Below, piece by piece: positions 53,561 through 64,000 of a stretch of 64,000 bases of DNA; within the stretch, counting starts at the first letter, position 1; each line of letters starts with the position of its first letter. The position numbers and the translations under genes were made by a program. The notes under the pieces were generated by a model, which worked only from the letters and a program-made list of their open reading frames with translations, was not told where the DNA came from and ran no database searches. The stretch is from Antedon mediterranea (taxonomy: Eukaryota; Animalia; Echinodermata). The DNA is taken from NCBI RefSeq assembly GCF_964355755.1, contig NC_092679.1, positions 21,435,432-21,499,431 of the forward strand, read 5' to 3'.

Positions 53561-53634
53561 AAAAATGCCAAGGCAAATCTTCACTATTTCAACATTTTGT
53601 TGTTTTTGAATAATTGTATTTAGGGATTCATTTT

Positions 53635-54038
53635 ATAATAATAATAATAATACCACATTTATATAGCGTCCTTTTCATGAGTAATCATGCTCAAAGGCGC
53701 TTTACAAGGATTATTACCCCAGTATTTGTTGGGATCAAACAAACGTGGACGTTGGACTACCGATCGTTAGACCTAGGTTCGAATCCAACTCTCGCCGCAT
53801 TGCTTGTATCCGTAGGCAAGATACTTTACTTACGTTGCCTCTCTCCACCCAGGTGTATAAATGGGTACCCAGTTAGATCTAGACACAACTTTGCGCTGGT
53901 TACCGGCTGCATTATGGGAGTATGTTTTCGTACGTGTTTGATCCCAACAAATACTGGGGTAATAATCCTTGTAAAGCGCCTTTGAGCATGATTACTCATG
54001 AAAAGGGCGCTATATAAATGTGGTATTATTATTATAAT
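53635..54038 (+). mobile_element. tRNA-derived SINE preceded by an inverted copy of its own 3' tail
   Basis: B box GGTTCGAATCC at about 53776; central GGCAAGATACTT...CTCTCCACCCAGGTGTATAAATGGGTACC; L2-like tail TGTAAAGCGCCTTTGAG...GCGCTATATAAAT...(ATT)n. 53635-53741 is the reverse complement of 53935-54038. Confidence 0.8.
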
Positions 54039-54392
54039 AAATTGACTTTATAAATTATTTTTATTGCCACTGTGACCATCCATGGTTAGGTCAATTATAT
54101 TGTATTCATTTTGCCTTTTGTTCTTTCCCATCCTCCTCTTTCAGTGAAGATACTGGAAAAATAAAATGTCTGGAGAAAGTACAGTACCATCAAATGAAAA
54201 TGAACCTGAATGAATTTGTTTCTTATTAAAATACCTTTACCTAACTTGTGAAAAATTTAGGCAAAGGGTGAATTCCACCAGGTGTTGAATACCACTCAAA
54301 ATAAACCGTATCACTCCGTCAAATATAGACTTCCGTGTTCATTATCATTATTAGTATTAAATAATAAATAATATATCTGATCTAAAATAATT

Positions 54393-54411
54393 AACAGGTT
54401 GTTATTCTCAT
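54393..54411 (+). promoter_or_regulatory. Diverged copy of the upstream element before gene F (AACAGGTTGTTATTCTCAT), with CATATAAATTGA at about 54505
   Basis: Similar spacing to the ATG, and the same TATA context as gene D. Confidence 0.45.
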
Positions 54412-54572
54412 AAGATAACATGATATGGTTGACAGGTATGCGTGACTTAATTTTATCAACAAATTCGAATCTGTCACGAAATATTGCAAACCAACAACCT
54501 TTAACATATAAATTGAGGAGGCATAGCACATCTCATTCATGTTTTCTGTGTCTTTAAAATTGTCTTTACAGC

Positions 54573-57500
54573 ATGACAGCGGAAAAGTTGTACAGCCGGT
54601 TTCTTTGCCTTTACTCTGTTTACTTTGGAATAGGTAAGCTATAGTTTATTATTAAGCACCGGTATATTAATGTAAACTCAAAGTTTAGAACGCAGTAAAC
54701 TCAACGTTTAGAATGCAGTAAACTTAACTTTTAGAACGCAGTAAACTTAACATTTAGAACGCAGTAAACTCAACGTTTAGAACGCAGTAAACTCAACGTT
54801 TAGAACGCAGTAAACTCAATGTTTAGAACGCAGTAAACACAATGTTTAGAACGCAGTAAACTCAACGTTTAGAACGCAGTAAACTCAACGTTTAGAACGC
54901 AGTAAACTCAACGTTTAAAACGCAGTAAACTCAACGTTTAGAACGCAGTAAACTCAACGTTTAGAACGCAGTAAACTCAATGTTTAGAACGCAGTAAACA
55001 CAATGTTTAGAACGCAGTAAACTCAACGTTTAAAACGCAGTAAACTCAACGTTTAGAACGCAGTAAACTCAATGTTTAGAACGCAGTAAACTCAACGTTT
55101 AAAACGCAGTAAACTCAACGTTTAGAACGCAGTAAACTCAACGTTTAGAACGCAGTAAACACAATGTTTAGAACGCAGTAAACTCAACGTTTAGAACGCA
55201 GTAAACTCAACGTTTAGAACGCAGTAAACTCAATGTTTAGAACGCAGTAAACACAATGTTTAGAACGCAGTAAACTTAACATTTAGAACGCAGTAAACTC
55301 AACGTTTAAAACGCAGTAAACTCAACGTTTAGAACGCAGTAAACTCAACGTTTAGAACGCAGTAAACTCAAAGTTTAAAACGCAGTAAACTCAACGTTTA
55401 GAACGCAGTAAACTCAACGTTTAGAACGCAGTAAACTCAATGTTTAGAACGCAGTAAACACAATGTTTAGAACGCAGTAAACTCAACGTTTAGAACGCAG
55501 TAAACACAATGTTTAGAACGCAGTAAACTTAACATTTAGAACGCAGTAAACTCAACGTTTAGAACGCAGTAAACTCAACGTTTAGAACGCAGTAAACTCA
55601 ATGTTTAGAACGCAGTAAACACAATGTTTAGAACGCAGTAAACTCAACGTTTAGAACGCAGTAAACACAATGTTTAGAACGCAGTAAACTTAACATTTAG
55701 AACGCAGTAAACTCAACGTTTAAAACGCAGTAAACTCAACGTTTAGAACGCAGTAAACTCAACGTTTAGAACGCAGTAAACTCAAAGTTTAAAACGCAGT
55801 AAACTCAACGTTTAGAACGCAGTAAACTCAACGTTTAGAACGCAGTAAACTCAACGTTTAAAACGCAGTAAACACAATGTTTAGAACGCAGTAAACTCAA
55901 CGTTTAGAACGCAGTAAACTCAACGTATAGAACGCAGTAAACTCAACGTTTAGAACGCAGTAAACTCAACGTTTAGAACGCAGTAAACTCAACGTTTAGA
56001 ACGCAGTAAACACAACGTTTAGAACGCAGTAAACACAACGTTTAGAACGCAGTAAACTCAACGTTTAGAACGCAGTAAACTCAACGTTTAGAACGCAGTA
56101 AACTCAACGTTTAGAACGCAGTAAACTCAACGTTTAAAACGCAGTAAACTCAACGTTTAGAACGCAGTAAACTCAACGTTTAGAACGCAGTAAACTCAAA
56201 GTTTAAAACGCAGTAAACACAATGTTTAGAACGCAGTAAACTCAACGTTTAGAACGCAGTAAACTCAACGTTTAGAACGCAGTAAACTCAACGTTTAGAA
56301 CGCAGTAAACTCAACGTTTAGAACGCAGTAAACTCAACGTTTAGAACGCAGTAAACTCAACGTTTAGAACGCAGTAAACTCAACGTTTAAAACGCAGTAA
56401 ACTCAAAGTTTAAAACGCAGTAAACACAATGTTTAGAACGCAGTAAACTCAACGTTTAGAACGCAGTAAACTCAACGTTTAGAACGCAGTAAACTCAACG
56501 TTTAGAACGCAGTAAACTCAACGTTTAGAACGCAGTAAACACAACGTTTAGAACGCAGTAAACTCAACGTTTAGAACGCAGTAAACTCAACGTTTAGAAC
56601 GCAGTAAACTCAACGTTTAGAACGCAGTAAACTCAACGTTTAGAACGCAGTAAACTCAACGTTTAGAACGCAGTAAACTCAACGTTTAGAACGCAGTAAA
56701 CTCAACGTTTAGAACGCAGTAAACTCAACGTTTAGAACGCAGTAAACTCAACGTTTAGAACGCAGTAAACTCAACGTTTAGAACGCAGTAAACTCAACGT
56801 TTAGAACGCAGTAAACTCAACGTTTAAAACGCAGTAAACTCAAAGTTTAAAACGCAGTAAACACAATGTTTAGAACGCAGTAAACTCAACGTTTAGAACG
56901 CAGTAAACTCAACGTTTAGAACGCAGTAAACTCAACGTTTAGAACGCAGTAAACTCAACGTTTAGAACGCAGTAAACACAACGTTTAGAACGCAGTAAAC
57001 TCAACGTTTAGAACGCAGTAAACTCAACGTTTAGAACGCAGCAAACTCAACGTTTAGAACGCAGTAAACTCAACGTTTAAAACGCAGTAAACTCAAAGTT
57101 TAAAACGCAGTAAACACAATGTTTAGAACGCAGTAAACTCAACGTTTAGAACGCAGTAAACTCAACGTTTAAAACGCAGTAAACTCAACGTTTAGAACGC
57201 AGTAAACTCAACGTTTAAAACGCAGTAAACTCAACGTTTAGAACGCAGTAAACTCAACGTTTAAAACGCAGTAAACTCAAAGTTTAAAACGCAGTAAACA
57301 CAATGTTTAGAACGCAGTAAACTCAACGTATAGAACGCAGTAAACTCAACGTTTAGAACGCAGTAAACTCAACGTTTAGAACGCAGTAAACTCAACGTTT
57401 AGAACGCAGTAAACTCAACGTTTAGAACGCAGTAAACACAACGTTTAGAACGCAGTAAACTCAACGTTTAGAACGCAGTAAACTCAACGTTTAGAACGCA

Positions 57501-59848
57501 GTAAACTCAACGTGTAGAACGCAGTAAACTCAACGTTTAGAACGCAGTAAACTCAACGTTTAGAACGCAGTAAACTCAACGTTTAGAACGCAGTAAACTC
57601 AACGTTTAGAACGCAGTAAACTCAACGTTTAGAACGCAGTAAACTCAACGTTTAGAACGCAGTAAACTCAACGTTTAGAACGCAGTAAACTCAACGTTTA
57701 GAACGCAGTAAACTCAACGTTTAGAACGCAGCAAACTCAACGTTTAGAACGCAGTAAACTCAACGTTTAGAACGCAGTAAACACAATGTTTAGAACGCAG
57801 TAAACTCAACGTTTAAAACGCAGTAAACTCAACGTTTAGAACGCAGTAAACTCAAAGTTTAAAACGCAGTAAACACAACGTTTAGAACGCAGTAAACTCA
57901 ACGTTTAGAACGCAGTAAATTCAACGTTTAGAACGCAGTAAACTCAACGTTTAGAACGCAGTAATCTCATACGAACTTTATGTTCACAATAATAATATGG
58001 TAATGATCTTCATATGTATTAGGTCTCCTAGTTTTCTCTTTTAAATTTTATTTTTTTAAATTTTCTAACGATCTTGTTGAAAAGTGCTCTCTTGTTTTTT
58101 GTATGTATAGTTACTGCTGGCATACAAACAGATTTCCAGTCTGGATTTGATGGCTGGCATCAAGACAACGTTTATACTGATGACTTCGACTGGTCACGAC
58201 TAAATGGTTCTACGTCATCTATAGACACAGGACCAACAAATGGTCATTCAGGATATGGAGGTAAGTTACCGTAGTAGTGCTAACAAGGTTTAAAGTTTAA
58301 ACCATTGCTAACCGGGGAAGCCTAACTCCGAAAAAGTAGGCCTATAGTGTACGGATTACAAATTAGTTTGCAAAAATGAAACTTGATATTTACTTTGATT
58401 CAACGCAATAGGCACAACGCAAGCGAATTGACCAAATCACAACCAACAGTATGATCCATCTCCTTCTAAATTACTTGCGACGCGCTGACGTCCTTATGTT
58501 GTATCCAATTAATTTGTTTGGATAGGGATTACTAATTCGTTTCTAAATATTATTTTGTTTTTACAGTATTTATTACTGTAGTAGTACAAAGATTTACAAA
58601 ATATACCAAAAGTTGTTGGCCTCTCTTTCAAATGAAATTTATTTTACATTTTACTTTATTCATTTCTAAATATGAAGAGGATTATTATGTTTATATCGAA
58701 ACATCATCTCCAATAAGTAATGGGATGTCGGCTCGCCTAATAAGTCCTTCGCTACCACAAGAAAAAAATCAAACCTTATCATTTTACTACCACATGTACG
58801 GAGATACAATGGGAACACTCAACGTTTACAAAACATCAAACGTGGGTGACGAACTGTTATGGTCAAGAAATGGTAACCAAGGAAACTCGTGGCTGTATTC
58901 TGGATATATACAGTTCTCACACAGTGGATATGGAGACAACTATATCGTATTCAAAGGCATTGCAGGAAGTTCATATACTGGTGACATTGCAATTGATGAT
59001 ATTGACATTAGTGGTAAGCACAGGTGTTAAAATGTATGTTTATATTATGTAATAACTGCTGTAGTGGAACCCCTTAAAGCCTGTTTCCCTGTCGACGTTA
59101 TTCGATGCTATCGTTAACAATAATCGGCGATCTTATACGTAAACATTGAAATGTTAAAGATTTACAGGAAAGGGTACTCGCTATCGTTATCATTTCAACT
59201 TGATCGTTTTCAAACGATCGTCGTTGAACTGTTAACGATCAACGACAATCGCCGATTATTGTTAACGATAACGTTAAGTGACACCTTCGGGACACTCACA
59301 ATTGGCGCAATCGTTTATTGAGGGCGTCCCATGGATAAGATTGAACAGTAGAGTTGAAATCAATCAATCGTTTCGCGTGGAATTTTCCCTTTTATAAAGG
59401 GTGTACTAAACCTACTACTAAAATAATGATGATTGAAGCTGTAGTTTCTGAACACATTTTTACAAAAATCCAGTTTTACTGAAATAAACACCAAAATACG
59501 GTACTGCATTTGGTTGTCTTTTACACAAAAAGAATCGATTAACTTGAATACTTTTTTTTAAATACTAACAATAAAATACAATAATAATAATTCATCTATA
59601 TATAATCTCATTTTCTCATGTATAGAAATTCGTTAAAGCTACAATAGCAACACCCTTTTAAAAATAAACACATACACATTCATGCTAAAGAGTGGCCCAA
59701 ATCAAACTAAGTGTAATTTAATAAATAAAATTTAATTAAGGGAATGTCTTTCAGTTTTCTAGGAAATAAAAAAGAACAATTATTTTTGTTTTATTTATAG
59801 CTCTTACAGATGATCTTCCGTCTACTACAGAAAGTCATATATCCACAG
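54573..59848 (+). CDS. Gene F (3'-partial): signal peptide, MAM1 and first linker exon; rest presumably beyond the window
   Basis: Exons 54573-54633 (MTAEKLYSRFLCLYSVYFGI), 58111-58260, 58678-59013 (weak AAG acceptor; MAM close to gene B MAM1), and 59810 (or in-frame 59801)-59848. Confidence 0.75.
54672..57964. repeat. 23-bp satellite, about 143 copies, in intron 1 of gene F
   Basis: GTAAACTCAACGTTTAGAACGCA units with a few recurring variants and no spacers. Confidence 0.97.
59062..59345. mobile_element. Degenerate nested MITE remnants
   Basis: 23-bp inverted pair TATCGTTAACAATAATCGGCGAT (59110-59132 / 59248-59270) inside a TAGTGGAACCCC-type element. Confidence 0.45.
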
Positions 59849-59946
59849 GTAATTTGTTATTGAAAAATCACGTACTGTTTGTTTGTACCATATGCCTAAT
59901 TTACAAATTAAATATAGTCTCTCATGTTTTAGGTTCCAACAGCTAA

Positions 59947-62900
59947 TAGTCCAGTATGAAATGTAGCGATATGATTAGTTGCATTTTTTTTTGCTATATT
60001 TGGTAAAAATTGGATATGTTGTCGAATACACATCACTGAATCCAAAAAGTATTTGCTCCATTTTTTTTTCATACGCAAGGGGGGTTGGCAGCCATTTTAA
60101 AATTGCCGCCATTTTGGACAAAATATTGTAAGTATATGGCATTAAAAGATGTTATCGAGATAGAAATTCAATCATAAAAGTAACAATAAATGTTCAAATA
60201 ATATTTCACATCATTTTTGTAACTGAACAAGCCAAAATGGCCGCCATTATGCCCAAAATGGCTGCCATTTTATCCAATATGGCCATCATTTTATATAAAA
60301 TGGCGACATATATCAATCAAATATTTCTTTCAACTTTTATTCACATATATTTGGTAAAAATTAGATATGTTGTAGAATAGACATCACTGAATCCAAAAAG
60401 TATTTGCTCCATTTTTTTTTCATATTCAAGGAGGATTGGCAGCCATTTAAAAATGGCCCCAATTTTAGACAAAATTGTTTCAAACATTGTAAGTTTATGA
60501 CATTTAAAGATGTTATCGAGATAGAAATTCAATCATAAAAGTAACAATAAATGTTCAAATAATATTTCATATTTGTGTAACAGAAAAAGCCAAAATGGCA
60601 GACATTTCAACCAAAATGGCCGCCATTTTATCCAACATGGCCGCCATTTTTATCTGAAATGGCTACATAATCAAATACATAGGCTATAACAAACATAATG
60701 ATATTTGTGTTTAATTACTTTAATTATTCGTCGTCATTTTAGCCATCACTATCACTGTCCGAATCGGATGTAGACAACAATGGTCATATGTTGATTTGAT
60801 TTGAATTCATTTGGAAAATCATCATAAAAAATACATACAAAGTGATAACATAAATTACGGACATTACAAATAATACATTTATAAAAGATTTTCCAGGATA
60901 GCCCAAAAAGCTTATCAGCTTATTTCCATTGGGATCCTTTACAATCTAAAATAAAAACATTACAAAATATTGCATTAAACACGTAAATATAACAAAAACA
61001 ATAATATAAAAAACAAGTTAAATTAAAGACTATGATTGACTTATATAGTTATTTGGTAGAACAGAAATGTGATTTAACATTTTTCTTAAAATTAAATTTG
61101 TTTTCTATTTGCTGAATGGAAAGAGGTAGGTTATTCCATGCCTTTATGCCTGTATAATAAAACGTAGATATTTGACTATCAGATTTAGGAACTGAAAATC
61201 CATTGACCTTACTTCTAGTCATATAATTAATGGTGGTTAGATGAAACTCTTTTAAACTTTTCAGTTAAATAAGGTACTGATTTTCCATAAAAAATCTTAT
61301 GAACATGATTAAGTTTGAGTTGGCAAATTCTATCCTCTAGACATAATTGACCGATTTGGTTCAGTTCGTCTTTACCAATATGTGCATGATCATTTTTATT
61401 TAATATAAACCTAGCAACTTTATTTTGACTGGTTTGAAGTCTTTTATTCACGTCTGCTTCGCATTTACACATCTCGGTACATTATAGATCCATATATTGG
61501 CCTGGAGATGTGCACGTAGTATGTGCTGGTGCAACACTCCAGAAGTTGGTGGCAATTTTTCCACACCTTGATTATTTGGCAGTGTTTTGAACCGCTGACA
61601 CCCTTTTAGTTCCAAGAAGACTGCACAGAAACTTCTCGCATCCTGCCTTCCCATTGAAAGATGGCATATTGTCTTTTCCGAGTTTGACTAGAGCTTCTAT
61701 GATGTGAGGAGGTGACTTCATATACAATCTTAAAAGCTGTTTTTTTCCTGTGACCCGTAACACCACATCCAGTGATAGCATAGAAACCTGGTAGTCCGGC
61801 TGCCTTTTCTGGTCCAAGGTGATCGTATATTGGTTGAAGAGTAATTTTTCTTCCTGTTTCAGCTGTGCCTGAGTGTTAAAATTCCAGTATTTTCCCCCAA
61901 CTGTTGTAGGCGCCTTAGAATTAAAACAAACCAGTCGGTATCTTGCGTGAAGAAGTCGACTTCATTTCCTGGTGTAGATGCTATTTCAATGCCATGAGGG
62001 ATCATTAGTGTGTCTACCTCTTCTTGGGTGTTCACGTGACTGTTACAATAGGATGATTAATATCACCTCAGCCTGTGAATCGCTATCTCATCATCGATGG
62101 AATGGCAGTTGTTCAAACTCTTATGAATGTTCAGACTTTTACCACCTGCAAAGATTTTGTGGAGGCATTTGTAGCCTGCATAGATTCTCTACTTAACAAA
62201 TACATTTATGTTGGTGGACGTGTTGTCTTTGACAATTATGAGAAGACACTTTCGCTTAAAGACGATATCCGATATCAATCATCTCCTCCTAACATTGTGG
62301 AAATTATTGTGGAAGATTCCACACTGATTAAAAACAAAGCAATATTCTTGTCAAGCAACACGACAAAAGATCAACTCACAATTTATCTTGCCGACAAATC
62401 AGTACGAAATTGTAAACATCCTATTGTAACAGTCATGCGACAAGATGAACACAAACACACCTGAACATTCCCCAACAACACCTGTGAGCACCCAAAGAAG
62501 AGGTAGATATACTAATGATCCCTCATGGTATTGAAGTAGCATCTACACCAGGAAATGAAGTCGACTTATTTGTTTTAATTTTAAGGCGCCTACAACAGTT
62601 AGGGGAAAATTCTGGTATTTTAACAGGCACAGCTGAAACAAGAAGAATTGCTCTTTAATCAATATACGATCCCCTTGGACCGGAAAAGGCAGCCAAACTA
62701 CCAGGTTTCCATGCTATCACTGGATGTACACAGGAAAAAACAGCTTTTAAGATGTATATGAAGTCATCTCCTCACATCATAGAAGCGTTAGTCAAACTCG
62801 GAGAAGACAATGTGCCATCTTTCAATGTGAAGGCAGGATGCGAGGAGTTTCTGTGCGGTCTTATTGAAACTAAAAGGGTGTCAGCCAAAGATTCATCAAC

Positions 62901-64000
62901 CCTGAGATGGAAACGGTTCAAAACACTGCCAAATAATCAAGGTGTGGAAAAATTGCCACCAACGTCTGGAGCGTTGCACCAGCACATACTACGTGCACAT
63001 CTCCAGGCCAATATATATGGAGCCATGTAACTATTGACCCAATAATTCCCGATCCATGCCAAAACTTGGCTGGTTTATAGAGAACGGTAAACTAAGACCA
63101 GTATTATACGAGAAGCAAACTGCTCCAGAAGCAGTTGTGGAGCTAATACGGTGTTCATGTTTAAGTACATGTTCCCATAATACATGCACGTGCAAGAAAA
63201 ACAATCTACAATATACCGAGATGTGTAAATGCGAAACAGACGAGAATAACTGTCACAATATATGACCATTGTTGTCTACATCCGATTCGGACAGTGATAG
63301 TGATAACGAAAGTGACGACAAATAAGTAAAGTAATTAAACACAAATATTATTATGTTGTTATGTTGGTTCCTTTATAGCCCATATATTTAATCAAAGTTA
63401 AAGAAAAAACAATTTTATTATGTGGCCATTTCAGATAAAAATGGCGGCCATGTTGGATAAAATGGCGACCATTTTGGTTGAAATGTCAGCCATTGTTCTG
63501 TTACACAAATGATGTGAAATATTATTTGAACATTTATTGTTACTTATATGACTGAATTTCCATCTCGATAAAACATCTTTTAATGCCATAAACTTACAAT
63601 ATTTAAAAAAAATTTGTCAAAAATGGCGACCAATTTGAAATTGCTGCCAACCCCCCTTGCCTATAAACACAAAATGGAGAAAATACTTTTTGGATTCAGT
63701 GATGTCTATTCTACAACATATCCAATTGTAAATATAGGTGAATAAAAAAATATTTGATTGATATATGTGGCAATTTTAGATAAAATGGTAGCCATATTGG
63801 CTAAAATGACAGCCATTTTGGGCATAATGGCGGCCATTTTGACTTGTTCAGTTACAAATATGATGTGAAATATTATTTAAACATTTATTGTTACTTTTAT
63901 GATTGAATTTCTATCTTGATAACATGTTTTAATGTCATAAACTTACAATATTTGAAACAATTTTGTCCAAAATGGCGGCCATTTTGAAATGGCTGCCAAT
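59947..64000. mobile_element. Fold-back derivative of an Academ-like (XPG nuclease + Cys-rich finger) DNA transposon
   Basis: Frameshifted + strand ORF pieces 62075-63265: IIDGMAVVQ, VVFDNY, FLSSNTTK, EEVD, PGFHAITGC, LPPT..LHQHILRAHLQ, LGW, CSC..C....CTC..N...TEMCKC. Inverted copy at 59947-62056. About 360-bp subterminal AAAATGGCGGCC-rich repeats; candidate TAG terminus at 59947. Confidence 0.75.
60792..61446 (-). mobile_element. 5'-truncated CR1/L2-group (Crack/Daphne-like) LINE inserted in the left arm of the Academ-like element
   Basis: KRLQTSQNKVARFIL...KIFYGKSVPYL...FYYTGIKAWNNLP on the minus strand with an (ATCAA)n tail. Host sequence resumes on both sides. Confidence 0.8.

Noticed and set aside
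54672-57964. CRISPR-like appearance of the 23-bp array (also the 22-bp and 25-bp arrays)
   Set aside because: Head-to-tail repeats with no unique spacers, no cas genes, and a spliceosomal-intron context.
61227-61472. 81-aa ORF as a novel Cys-finger/RT fusion
   Set aside because: Chance in-frame junction between the Academ-like arm (MCKCEAD) and the inserted LINE fragment.

Overview
AT-rich, intron-containing animal genomic DNA, most likely from a marine invertebrate; the repeat content suggests a deuterostome such as an echinoderm, which is inference only. The window is a head-to-tail (+ strand) tandem array of at least six paralogous genes (here A-F) encoding type-I membrane proteins: signal peptide - [MAM] - S/T-rich linker - CUB - MAM - linker - ZP module - furin site (RxRR) - transmembrane helix - short tail with YQxL. 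A (3' end only) and F (5' end only) run off the window edges. B carries one in-frame stop. C, D and E splice by GT-AG rules into open frames of 668, 668 and 802 aa. Two further copies survive only as relics. The most notable signal is between the recent duplicates C and D: changes in the second MAM domain are almost all amino-acid-altering and clustered, while changes in the large ZP exon are almost all silent. This suggests a diversifying surface-recognition family on a conserved ZP scaffold. The array is interspersed with MITEs, SINEs, LINE fragments, a nested insertion stack, a 3.3-kb intronic satellite and a large fold-back derivative of an Academ-like (XPG + Cys-rich) transposon. All exon boundaries and counts were read by eye.
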